Virus record (IMG/VR): IMGVR_UViG_644736364_000008
Length of the DNA: 64,000 bases
DNA from: a virus
Taxonomy: Duplodnaviria > Heunggongvirae > Uroviricota > Caudoviricetes
Strand: one strand, 5' to 3'
Shown: in pieces, positions 29,066-38,880 of the stretch
How the letters are laid out: each line of letters opens with the position of its first letter
How positions within the stretch are numbered: the stretch's first letter is position 1
The notes under the pieces: generated by a model
Told to the model about the DNA's origin: nothing
The model's database searches: none
Seen by the model: only the letters and a program-made list of their open reading frames with translations
Made by a program: the position numbers and the translations under genes

Positions 29066-29919
29066 GCACGTACTCCGTACACGGCTGAACTATCCACGCC
29101 ACGCGAATAATCAAATCCCACCCAGCAGCGTGTCCCGGAAACAGCGATGATTTCTGTTGCAGATTTACTCTCACCAGCTGCTACGCCGATGCTGCGTTTT
29201 GCCTTGATGTAGTGGTGAGTAAAATTGCGATACAGCGAACGGATCAGGGATGTGTCACTGTTAGAAACAATGACCGGATGTCCTTCTGATGACCGATGTT
29301 CAAGAAGGGATGCCAGGTGATACTGGTCATCTTCAGTGAAGCCGTCAGTGTGATAGTCGGAAAACGTACCGTCATAAGGCGGATCGCAATACACCACATC
29401 CCCCGCCTTCAACATCGCCAGCGTTTCATCAAAGCTGGCGCATATAAACGTTGCCCGCTGGGCTTTCTCTGCAAATGCGCGAATTTCTTTTTCAGGGAAA
29501 TACGGATTTTTATAATTACCGTACGGAATGTTGAAATGCCCGCTCTTGTTATAGCGACATAACCCACGGTAACCATGACGATTGAGATACAGGAAATATA
29601 CCGCTTTCATGAAATCAGTAATTTCAATGGAGTAATTAAACTCCTGCCTTATGTTGTAATAAGCCACATCCCTGTTTGCTTCCTCAAATAAAGCTCTGGC
29701 ACGAGATATAAACGCCTCGCAATCAGCAGCAACCTTTTTATAGAGGTTGATTAAATCAGGATTAATATCCGCAACAAGATAGCTGGGGTAATCCGTCTCC
29801 ATCATCACAGCACAGGAACCCGCGAAAGGTTCAACCAGTCGCGAGCCAGCAGGAAGATGTTTTTTCAGTTCGGACATAATGGCGGTTTTATTTCCCGCCC
29901 ATTTCAGGATGGTGCTCAT
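29062..29919 (-). CDS. DNA adenine methyltransferase (Dam-like, orphan)
   Basis: [11 protein letters not shown]...FAGSCAV (AdoMet motif) ... DPPY (motif IV); ATGA overlap with the upstream gene and 4-bp overlap with A. Confidence 0.85.
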   Translation of the reverse strand: MSTILKWAGNKTAIMSELKKHLPAGSRLVEPFAGSCAVMMETDYPSYLVADINPDLINLYKKVAADCEAFISRARALFEEANRDVAYYNIRQEFNYSIEITDFMKAVYFLYLNRHGYRGLCRYNKSGHFNIPYGNYKNPYFPEKEIRAFAEKAQRATFICASFDETLAMLKAGDVVYCDPPYDGTFSDYHTDGFTEDDQYHLASLLEHRSSEGHPVIVSNSDTSLIRSLYRNFTHHYIKAKRSIGVAAGESKSATEIIAVSGTRCWVGFDYSRGVDSSAVYGVRA

Positions 29920-30143
29920 ACAACACCTCCGTTGTAATGTTTGCCTTTCAGCTCTGCGATTTCCTGACAGGTAATGCAAAGCTGCACTCCAGGAATGGCG
30001 CGGCGTCGTGCTGGCGGAATTGGCGCTTCACATTCAATACAAAGCACACGAGACACGCCCGGTGTTTTGGCACGGGCAGCACGGATATAGCGCTGGCGTT
30101 CTTCTTCAACGCGCTGCTGTACGAGATCCATTGCATCTGCCAT
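29916..30143 (-). CDS. TraR/DksA-family C4 zinc-finger protein
   Basis: CIECEAPIPPARRRAIPGVQLCITCQ. Confidence 0.6.
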   Translation of the reverse strand: MADAMDLVQQRVEEERQRYIRAARAKTPGVSRVLCIECEAPIPPARRRAIPGVQLCITCQEIAELKGKHYNGGVV

Positions 30144-30382
30144 TAGTGGATCTCCTGCGCTTCGTTCTGGATTGCTTCAGCAGTCACACGCAGCAGTTCT
30201 GCCGCTTCGACGTGGTTTAGCTGGCGGGATGTGATATGACACGCCAGGCTATCAAGGCGAGCTGCCATTGCTTCAGCCCTTGCCCGGCGTTCTTCCAGAC
30301 GAGCCTCTGTCAGTAAAATATTAAGCCCTGCATCATCCGGTCCGGTTTTAGTCGTGAGGGTTTCAATATTACGCATAATCAA
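30143..30382 (-). CDS. Hypothetical early protein
   Basis: 79-aa ORF in the early operon. Confidence 0.45.
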   Translation of the reverse strand: MIMRNIETLTTKTGPDDAGLNILLTEARLEERRARAEAMAARLDSLACHITSRQLNHVEAAELLRVTAEAIQNEAQEIH

Positions 30383-30443
30383 TTCTCCTGAATTTAGATA
30401 AAGGGATGCCCGGCGGGTTTACGCCATTAATTTCATTAGTTGC

Positions 30444-30785
30444 TTAATTCGGCATGGTTAGCCGTCTGGGAAATAAGCTCACCACTGCACGAAAATGATT
30501 CATTGCTTTAATCAACTCCCGCTTTTCGTCAGTGGTCAGCTCATTAATGCTGATGCTATGACGTTCAGCTGGAATTTTTGCCATAAAGAATATGGCAGCC
30601 AGTGCTCGTTTATTTTGTTCGTTATTGATATCCCGTGGATCACGCATATCTTTAATAAACCGCTCAAGCTCTGACTCAATATTCAGGCCAAATACTTTCG
30701 CCCTTAACTCCGCAATGTGATTAAGTCCATTCAGGCGTTCACCGGGGCTTAATGGAACAGTCGCCGCAGCGCCATTAATTGCCAT
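30444..30785 (-). CDS. Hypothetical early protein
   Basis: 113-aa ORF in the early operon downstream of cII. Confidence 0.5.
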   Translation of the reverse strand: MAINGAAATVPLSPGERLNGLNHIAELRAKVFGLNIESELERFIKDMRDPRDINNEQNKRALAAIFFMAKIPAERHSISINELTTDEKRELIKAMNHFRAVVSLFPRRLTMPN

Positions 30786-30807
30786 AATTCATATCCCCAA
30801 AACGCAA

Positions 30808-31032
30808 CTATCGTTCTTTGTTCTTACGGTAACGTTCAAGAGGAGATACATTTTTTCGTATCGTCTCTTTAACCTGCTCTCCCCGTAAAAACGTCCCATC
30901 CCTTAGCGTGAAAAAGTAACTGCCATCGCCCGACAACGACGGATAACAACAGAGCAAATCATCTTCAGGTACTGAATAACTCTCCCCTCTGTAACGAAAC
31001 TGATAAACCACTTCACTTTCCGCTGCATACAT
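30808..31032 (-). CDS. Hypothetical early protein
   Basis: 74-aa ORF; an overlapping alternative-frame ORF (30903-31229) makes the exact gene model uncertain. Confidence 0.4.
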   Translation of the reverse strand: MYAAESEVVYQFRYRGESYSVPEDDLLCCYPSLSGDGSYFFTLRDGTFLRGEQVKETIRKNVSPLERYRKNKER

Positions 31033-31206
31033 TTTGACTTTCTCCGTTTCCTCGTGGTCAATTCAGACAGCAATTCATCTTGTGAATGACATGGATGCCA
31101 GCGTTTACCATCCTCACCCATGATCCAGCCGTGACCGTAGTGCATTGCCGGGCTTTGTTTTACCAGCAGCGATGCAAATGATGGTTCTTTCGTCAGCATA
31201 AGCACC

Positions 31207-31716
31207 TCACAGCAAACCGAATGAAGCACCGAGGCCAGTCACGGTATCAACTGCACTCACCATCGCAGGATTAGCCTGTAAACGGGCCTGCAATGAAACA
31301 GCCGCCAGCGCCATCAGTCGTGTTACAGAGTTAATGCTGCTGATAGCATCACGACGACCGGCACTAGTTTTTACATCACCAGATACCGCACCTGCTGCAA
31401 CACGCCCGATCTCTGCAGTTGCGCTCATGACGTAATGCGGCAGTTTCTCTTTTGCCACCTCATTAATCGGTACACATGGCAGACAATGAATCTGTGCCAG
31501 AAAACCATCTACCAGCGTTGAATCTTCAGTCAGATCGGTAAGCAGCCAGATTTCTGGTGCGGTTAATAAATGAGGCTGAGCTGGGTTCAGCTTGTTCCGC
31601 AGAATCTGCACATTCATGCCTGCACGTTCTGCCAGTTGCACCAGGTTGTGACGCAGTGCAAAAGCCCTACAGGCTTCATCGAAATGCGGATGTTTGGAAA
31701 TCTTGTAATCAAACAT
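31207..31716 (-). CDS. cII: Phage regulatory protein CII (186 type)
   Basis: 169 aa, the length I recall for 186 CII; position right after apl. Confidence 0.7.
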   Translation of the reverse strand: MFDYKISKHPHFDEACRAFALRHNLVQLAERAGMNVQILRNKLNPAQPHLLTAPEIWLLTDLTEDSTLVDGFLAQIHCLPCVPINEVAKEKLPHYVMSATAEIGRVAAGAVSGDVKTSAGRRDAISSINSVTRLMALAAVSLQARLQANPAMVSAVDTVTGLGASFGLL

Positions 31717-31748
31717 GGTGCCCCCTTAGAAAGTTCCCATAATTGAAC

Positions 31749-31991
31749 TTACTTACCAACAATGACGCGGAAGTTGGAATGACCGAGGGATTCACGGACC
31801 TGATCAGTTTTGTACATCAGATAACGAAGGCTTACGCGGCCTTTATTTTTTTCTTTCTTGACCATGTACTTAGCAAGTTGACCATGGTGAATTTTTTGGT
31901 AAACAGAGCCACGGGAAATGCCCTCCCACTCTGCGAACTCTGCAGGCGTAGCCATCTCTTTTGGTACACGAATTGAAATATCAGTACTCAT
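31749..31991 (-). CDS. apl: Apl/Cox-like excisionase and switch regulator
   Basis: 80-aa HTH protein, first gene of the lytic operon divergent from cI. Confidence 0.65.
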   Translation of the reverse strand: MSTDISIRVPKEMATPAEFAEWEGISRGSVYQKIHHGQLAKYMVKKEKNKGRVSLRYLMYKTDQVRESLGHSNFRVIVGK

Positions 31992-32112
31992 AGTGCAGTA
32001 TCTCTTACTTTGTGTGCGTGTTAGTTCGTTTTAGCTCGTCTCTTTAACTCTCACATCAAGAGACACGAAGACATTACGATCTTGATTCAAGATTGTCAAA
32101 TGGAGATTACCA
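31992..32112. promoter_or_regulatory. Lysis-lysogeny switch region (divergent promoters and operators)
   Basis: 121-bp intergenic between apl and cI; inverted repeat ATCAAGA-N18-TCTTGAT and direct repeats TAGTTCGTT / TAGCTCGTC. Confidence 0.45.
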
Positions 32113-32745
32113 ATGTTAAACATCAGAATGGGTTCCGATACGGGAGGTAAGGCAGCTATTGAGAGGCTGCTTGAGGCTTATGGATTCACAACTAAGCAGG
32201 CATTAAGCGAGCACCTGAATGTCTCAAAAAGTACTATGGCAAACAGAGTGTTACGTGACAGTTTTCCTGCTGACTGGATAATTCAGTGTGCACTAGAAAC
32301 CGGTGTTTCGTTACTTTGGTTAGCCACTGGACAGGGAAGCATGAAAGAAGGATACGAGTCTGAGAAAAGATCTCATAACGAGAACAAACAAGCAATTAAA
32401 CCGTTATCCAAACTCATAACTCCATCTATTCCTAAAGGAACCTTGGAAAATGGACAACTCAGTATTGATGAAGAGATTTTCCTAGACCACAGCATATTAC
32501 CTGCAGATTATGAAGAATCGATGTTCTTAGAAACCCCTACTGATTGTTATCTCATCGATAAATCAGTTAAACAAGTCAGCAATGGATTCTGGCTTATCAA
32601 TATTGATGGAATGATTATTATTGCAAAAATCATGCGGATTCCCGGCAATAAGATTGTAGTAAATCAAGATGAAGCGTCTTTCGAGTGCTCTGCCGATGAT
32701 GTGGAAGTTATTGGGCGTGCAGTCAAAGTAATAAAGAGTATCTAA
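32113..32745 (+). CDS. cI: CI immunity repressor (186 type)
   Basis: 210-aa ORF with N-terminal HTH-like region, upstream of int. Confidence 0.75.
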   Translation: MLNIRMGSDTGGKAAIERLLEAYGFTTKQALSEHLNVSKSTMANRVLRDSFPADWIIQCALETGVSLLWLATGQGSMKEGYESEKRSHNENKQAIKPLSKLITPSIPKGTLENGQLSIDEEIFLDHSILPADYEESMFLETPTDCYLIDKSVKQVSNGFWLINIDGMIIIAKIMRIPGNKIVVNQDEASFECSADDVEVIGRAVKVIKSI

Positions 32746-32747
32746 AC

Positions 32748-33767
32748 ATGACTGTCAGAAAACAGCCAAACGGTAAATGGTTGTGCGAGTGCTATCCCAA
32801 TGGACGCAATGGCAAGCGCGTGCGTAAGCAATTTGCTACGAAAGGCGAAGCCATTGCTTTTGAAAGCTTCACAATGGAAGAAGTGAACAAAAAACCATGG
32901 CTGGGGGAAAAGGAAGATCGGCGACACCTATCAGAATTAATTGAGCAGTGGTATTCCCTGTATGGTCAAACACTCGCAGACCCCAAGCGCCTCATAGCGA
33001 AACTTAGAATTATCTGTAATGGTCTAGGCGATCCCATCGCTTCAGAACTGACAGCCGGTGACTTTACGAAATACCGCGAAGCACGGTTAAAAGGTGAAGT
33101 ACGAAATGAAGATGGCACGTTTATGTCGCCCGTTAAGCCCCGCACGGTAAACCTTGAACAGCGCAATCTATCATCTGTTTTTGGTACACTGAAAAAGCTG
33201 GGCCACTGGTCAGCCCCCAACCCGCTTGCTGGGCTGCCAACATTTAAAATTGCTGAGAGTGAATTGGCGTTCCTGACCCCGGAAGAAATTAAACGTCTGC
33301 TGGATGCCTGCGCCGATTCTCAAAGCTCCAGCCTGCTTTTGATTGCAAAAATATGCCTGGCCACCGGCGCACGCTGGAGCGAAGCCGAAAACCTGCAGAG
33401 TCATCAGGTATCAAAATACCGTATCACTTATACCAAGACCAAAGGCAAGAAAAACCGAACTGTGCCTATTTCTAAGGATTTATATGAAGAACTGCCTAAG
33501 AATAGGGGGAAGTTATTCACCCCATGCAGAAAAGCCTTTGAGCGTGCAGTAAAGCGAGCCGGTTTAGAACTACCAGAAGGCCAATGTACCCATGTTCTGC
33601 GCCATACATTTGCCAGTCATTTTATGATGAACGGTGGAAATATACTGGTACTGCGCGATATTCTTGGACATGCCGATATAAAAATGACGATGATTTACGC
33701 TCATTTTTCCCCAGATCATCTTGAAGATGCAGTAACTAAAAACCCATTAGCAACCTTGATGGATTAA
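32748..33767 (+). CDS. int: Tyrosine integrase
   Basis: 339 aa with HVLRHTFASH...LGHADIKMTMIYAHF catalytic-region motifs. Confidence 0.9.
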   Translation: MTVRKQPNGKWLCECYPNGRNGKRVRKQFATKGEAIAFESFTMEEVNKKPWLGEKEDRRHLSELIEQWYSLYGQTLADPKRLIAKLRIICNGLGDPIASELTAGDFTKYREARLKGEVRNEDGTFMSPVKPRTVNLEQRNLSSVFGTLKKLGHWSAPNPLAGLPTFKIAESELAFLTPEEIKRLLDACADSQSSSLLLIAKICLATGARWSEAENLQSHQVSKYRITYTKTKGKKNRTVPISKDLYEELPKNRGKLFTPCRKAFERAVKRAGLELPEGQCTHVLRHTFASHFMMNGGNILVLRDILGHADIKMTMIYAHFSPDHLEDAVTKNPLATLMD

Positions 33768-33771
33768 GCAC

Positions 33772-34995
33772 ATGCGCAACATTATCGAATTAGAACAGAT
33801 ATCGGAAGAACTAAAAAAACATGAACTATTGCAACCCCCATTCATTGCCGAGGGAAAACTAATTTCTGACTTTTCTAAGAGAGTCGAGTGCTATTTAGAA
33901 TTAATTGACTCCATTAGAAATAAATATCCTGACAACGAGATAATTAAACAAGTAAAGATTCGCACAAAATCAATAATATATTTATCTGATAAAATAATAG
34001 AAACTCTTAAGCTATTTTTAATAGGAAATGTTAAAGAAGCTTATAAAAAATTCGATTTGGCAATTACCAAGTCATCAATGCATACTCATCTTTATAAGAT
34101 GACTGTTCCTCTAACTAAATTATGCAACCCACACACCCCTTTATTTCGCGTAAGGAAAAGTGAGTGCATCCTAAAACAAAGAGAAGAATTATTTCATATA
34201 CCATTTAAAAATAGACATTTAGTTAGCGCACAAAGATTTTCTGTATCCGGTCTTCCATGTTTATATCTTGGAACATCAATATTTGTATGTTGGCAAGAAA
34301 TGGGAAAACCTGACTTTGATAAACTTTACATATCTTCCTTCATATCCGATAAAGAAAATTCAAATATAAGAATTTTAGATCTTGGGTACAATTTAACATC
34401 TGCACTTCGTACAAAACCGGGAGATCTTTGGTATTCATTCGAACAAGGTTCAGATGATGATTACGATCTAAATAATGATAATTTCATGGATCAAATTAAT
34501 GATAAAATTTCAAAGTTGATTGCATGGCCTTTAGTCCTTGCATGTAACTATACAAAAGATAATGAAAACGCAAGTTTTAATAAAGAATACATAATACCAA
34601 ACCTATTAATGCAATGGATTAGTAGTGACAGAAACAAAAATATATCAGGGATATCGTATCGATCAACAAAGATATTAAACCAAAAAGATAGCGATATTGG
34701 GATTAATGTAATTATCCCCCCAAAAATAGAAAACATAGTTGAAACCAATGATACCCACTGTCCTGTTTTAAAAAAAATATTTAGAGTTACAAACCCTGTT
34801 TCCTGGACTGTGTTTAGTACACTAGAAGCCACCCCCTATCTATACAAAAATAATTTTAATTTTTCGACCTATAATCCCGCAAAAGGATGGATTGAAGACT
34901 TTGATGAATCCCTTGTTGAACATTATGAAAATACCACTTTTAGAAAAGTTGAACTCCTTATTCATCAAATGATGAAGTATGAATATTTAAAATAA
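33772..34995 (+). CDS. RES-domain protein (407 aa), candidate NAD+-targeting toxin/abortive-infection effector
   Basis: LFRVRK...AQRFSVSGLPCLYLGTSIFVCWQE...IRILDLGYNLTS parallels RES toxin motifs (YRY...GGRWNPP..FPAIYLADS...E...LAVLDLT in MbcT); low-GC; 4 bp after int stop. Confidence 0.6.
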   Translation: MRNIIELEQISEELKKHELLQPPFIAEGKLISDFSKRVECYLELIDSIRNKYPDNEIIKQVKIRTKSIIYLSDKIIETLKLFLIGNVKEAYKKFDLAITKSSMHTHLYKMTVPLTKLCNPHTPLFRVRKSECILKQREELFHIPFKNRHLVSAQRFSVSGLPCLYLGTSIFVCWQEMGKPDFDKLYISSFISDKENSNIRILDLGYNLTSALRTKPGDLWYSFEQGSDDDYDLNNDNFMDQINDKISKLIAWPLVLACNYTKDNENASFNKEYIIPNLLMQWISSDRNKNISGISYRSTKILNQKDSDIGINVIIPPKIENIVETNDTHCPVLKKIFRVTNPVSWTVFSTLEATPYLYKNNFNFSTYNPAKGWIEDFDESLVEHYENTTFRKVELLIHQMMKYEYLK

Positions 34996-35111
34996 GAGTG
35001 GCGGCATAATGGCGGCAAAGAGTTAAAAACACATAAAACAAGGTAATACATCGTAAACTTAAGTGATTGAAAATTAACATAAATAGTTGTTTTGCAACAT
35101 GTTATAATGGT

Positions 35112-35157
35112 ATGTAGGAATTTCGGACGCGGGTTCAACTCCCGCCAGCTCCACCAA
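35112..35157. repeat. attR: second copy of the 46-bp ssrA 3'-end repeat
   Basis: Exact repeat of 1016-1061. Confidence 0.8.
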
Positions 35158-35284
35158 TCATGATTGGACGGTGTAAGGACAACACCAACAAAAACAGGAA
35201 GTTAGAAGTCTCAGCAGGACACCGACCAGACGGTGAGGAGACATAAAAGGATACGCAAAGGAGCCGCGGCTCCGAAGTGAAATG

Positions 35285-35310
35285 AAAGCCCGCTGATGCG
35301 GGCTTTTTTG
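35285..35310 (+). terminator. Rho-independent terminator
   Basis: GCCCGC-TGAT-GCGGGC followed by TTTTTT. Confidence 0.5.
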
Positions 35311-35735
35311 CTTCTTCTCTTTAGCCTGATTCGACACTCTCAATGCGGCCATAAACAACAACCCACTTTTCTTATACCGTAGCCTGTCCCCCTCTTCCTG
35401 CTTTCTAACCATAACAGATGTGAGCGTTTGCTATGAGCGATATATAGTCATTCGTACCCTCCGATACTAATCATCACAGAAATTAATATATTCATTCCTT
35501 ACTGAAAAGCTATGAAGTAGATATATAGGATTGGGGCGCGTATGGCACTGGACAGTTATGCATCTCCGAATATTATTCCGGAGCTAAGACAACCGAATGC
35601 CGCAGCAGGTAAGATCACGCTAGGGGGGCTGGACAGAATGGCTGTTACGCCCAGTGTGAAGAAAAGAAGGCTAAGTATGGTAGAATTTCCATACGCACAG
35701 ACCTTGTTATCCGACTATACAGCCTGGAAGGCACT

Positions 35736-36524
35736 ATGACAAATCTACAACTGGAAGAAAGATTTAGGGCGCTTGAGAAAGATTACGATGCGCTCATTTC
35801 CACAAAATATACTGCGCAGAACGTTCTCACTCACACTATGGAAACCTATGTTGATTCTGGTAAATATAAAAACTGGATCGCCAGAGTGAAAAAGTTAATA
35901 GAGGACAGCTACGGAAAAGAGTCTGATTATTACAATGACTTCAATACTGTAAACAGCAGGTGGTCTTCTAATTACAATACACTGATCAAAAGTTATAAAC
36001 CGTTGTTTGATGCGGCGAGAGATGATCTTGCGCACTCTGCTGTCAGTACTAATACTCCTCAAGAAGGTTCGCCGCTGAGCCTCGTACTTAATATTCTTAA
36101 CAGGTTTCCGACCTTTGTTCGCCAGTTAAAGAGGCGGTACAACGGCCGTGCGCCGCTTGAAGTTAATGATGAGTATGACGTACAGGATTTGATTTATGCA
36201 CTGCTGACGCTTCATTTTAATGATATTAGGGCGGAAGAGTATACCCCCAGCTTTGCGGGCGCGGCCTCAAGACAGGACTTTCTTTTGAAAAAAGAGAAAA
36301 TTGTGATAGAGGTGAAGAAAACCCGTGAATCTCTGGGAGCGGGTAAAGTTGGTGGAGAGTTGCTTATTGATATGGCGCGCTACCGCGCTCACCAAGACTG
36401 CGATACGTTGATCTTGTTTGTATATGACCCGGATTGCTACATAAATAATCCTTTGGGCGTGAAAACCGATCTGGAATCTAAAGACGCGGAAGGAAAAGTG
36501 AAGGTTGTTATTGCGCAGTTCTGA
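35736..36524 (+). CDS. Hypothetical protein with PD-(D/E)xK-like nuclease signature
   Basis: 262 aa; GGAAGG RBS; C-terminal half has DIRAEEYTP ... KIVIEVKKT (D...E-x-K pattern); N-terminal coiled-coil. Confidence 0.5.
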   Translation: MTNLQLEERFRALEKDYDALISTKYTAQNVLTHTMETYVDSGKYKNWIARVKKLIEDSYGKESDYYNDFNTVNSRWSSNYNTLIKSYKPLFDAARDDLAHSAVSTNTPQEGSPLSLVLNILNRFPTFVRQLKRRYNGRAPLEVNDEYDVQDLIYALLTLHFNDIRAEEYTPSFAGAASRQDFLLKKEKIVIEVKKTRESLGAGKVGGELLIDMARYRAHQDCDTLILFVYDPDCYINNPLGVKTDLESKDAEGKVKVVIAQF

Positions 36525-36557
36525 CACGCTTAAGTGTCACCTTACAGGATTAGGTTT

Positions 36558-36606
36558 GCGGCCGTGCCAGCAGGACGAGCATGAAAAAGGCCGCTGGCAC
36601 GGCCGG
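36558..36606. terminator. Long hairpin between convergent genes
   Basis: 12-bp perfect inverted repeat GGCCGTGCCAGC ... GCTGGCACGGCC. Confidence 0.4.
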
Positions 36607-36611
36607 ATTTG

Positions 36612-36905
36612 TCATCTTTGCCAGGTCAAATCAAAATCTACGTGAAAATCCGCAGGCTTAAGCTCGCAACTGCCACCACGCCCAATTAACGACGTTATGT
36701 TTACAACGTTTGAACCTGTTGAGATGGCAAGTTGAGTGTCATCTGTAAACGTGATGATTAGCATTTCAGTCTGATGAACCTGTACTCCAGTTTTCTGAAA
36801 ACCAATCTGGACAGATTTCACCGTTTTCCCAACCATTTCACGGGCTTGATTGATAGAGTAATTAGCTTCAACTTGTAGGTCATTCCTGAACTTGGGTAGT
36901 GTCAT
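36612..36905 (-). CDS. Hypothetical small protein (97 aa)
   Basis: ORF downstream of, and same strand as, the GIY-YIG gene. Confidence 0.45.
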   Translation of the reverse strand: MTLPKFRNDLQVEANYSINQAREMVGKTVKSVQIGFQKTGVQVHQTEMLIITFTDDTQLAISTGSNVVNITSLIGRGGSCELKPADFHVDFDLTWQR

Positions 36906-37115
36906 TTTACATCCTCTTTAGTGAAGTTTTCGCTATTTAAATCAGCAGCATTCCTTTTAAATCACTGGCATGTCAGCAGTGGATAGTCTGAGTGTAACGT
37001 CCAGTGAGGGGAATAAATATTGGTCAGACTTTGCACAAAAGAGCCAACTATCGCGGGCTCTCTCTCATCATGTGCGAAAATTGACCACAATATGAAATCC
37101 AGTTCCATTCCGAAA

Positions 37116-37940
<825 letters not shown>

Positions 37941-38043
37941 TCAATTGACAACTTATAATCCCTACTAGTTAGCATTATGATTTCCAGAGTGAGGAATATA
38001 AAAATCTCTGTTTCTGGCACATAACAGCCCTTAAGATCGTAGC

Positions 38044-38096
38044 TCGCCATCATGGGGTGTCGGGGGGCGGAGGTTCAAATCCTCTCGTGCCGACCA
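38044..38096 (+). tRNA. Partial tRNA-Pro (3' fragment only; anticodon region to CCA)
   Basis: CATGGGGTGTCGGGGGGCGGAGGTTCAAATCCTCTCGTGCCGACCA matches the 3' part of tRNA-Pro(GGG); no complementary 5' acceptor strand (CGGCACG) upstream. Confidence 0.6.
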
Positions 38097-38110
38097 AAAA
38101 TCCCTTAAGA

Positions 38111-38137
38111 ACCAGCCTATTATGGCTGGTTTTTTTA
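38111..38137 (+). terminator. Rho-independent terminator after the tRNA fragment
   Basis: ACCAGCC-TATTAT-GGCTGGT followed by TTTTTTT. Confidence 0.55.
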
Positions 38138-38337
38138 TGATTGTTTTTTATGCGGAGAAATACCGGGGAATAATTGGGGTAAAACACCTTTAGGCTATTC
38201 ACTTAGCCTACCACCATCAAAATCTTTCCGAATGTATCCATCTCTTTTTTCTTATGCAGCTAAAACGAAGTCTTGATACTGTTTATTTACACAGATAAGA
38301 ATAATACTGTCTACAAACGCAGTACAAAAGAAGTGTT

Positions 38338-38517
38338 ATGCGTATTGAGATCTCCATAGCCAAAGACAAAATGACCAAATGCCAAACGGCGCTGTGGACG
38401 CGTTAAAGGAAGAATTAACCCAACACATTGGCAAGCGTTATGACGATGTGGAGATGATCGTAAAAGCCACCAGCAACGATAGTTTTTCAGTTAGACATAC
38501 TGCAGATAAAGATTGAG
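38338..38517 (+). pseudogene. dinI-like gene interrupted by a frameshift
   Basis: Frame 1 [16 protein letters not shown]... stops after 22 codons; a shifted frame continues ...[32 protein letters not shown], together resembling DinI. Confidence 0.45.
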
Positions 38518-38880
38518 CTAAAACTTTCGTTCAGGAAACTCTGAATGATACCTGAGAGTCTACTGAAGAGTTGTTTGTTCACTAGTTAGCACGTAGGAAA
38601 TCATTCAATACTCGCACTATCGGAAGTTCACCAGCCAGTCGTAGCACGTCCTTGCAAACGACGTGCCTACGGTTTCAATCACCTCTCACCATCAATTCTA
38701 TCAATAATAATTAAACAGCGCCTAGACAAAATAAATAACAACAAGTCAACAACCTCGACAGGATGCCGATGGGATGATGAAGAGATAAGAAAGAATAACC
38801 AGTAAAGCCCTAAAACGTCAGCGTTCAGACGCGTTTTTTACTTAATCGGTAACAAATACGTTGTATCATAGCAAAATAAA

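Larger units (their letters stand above)
1062..35111. mobile_element. P2/186-like temperate prophage (about 34 kb) integrated in ssrA
   Basis: Full P2-type late gene synteny, cos, gene A, 186-type CII/Apl/CI switch and tyrosine integrase, bounded by 46-bp direct repeats of the ssrA 3' end. Confidence 0.85.

Noticed and set aside
35158-35412. 84-aa minus-strand ORF spanning attR-adjacent sequence and a terminator
   Set aside because: Overlaps a rho-independent terminator and non-coding attachment-site flank; Cys/Leu/Arg-rich low-complexity product; likely not a gene.
38020-38096. Complete tRNA-Pro gene
   Set aside because: The 5' acceptor strand complementary to CGTGCCG and a D-arm are absent; only the 3' part is present, so it was called a fragment.
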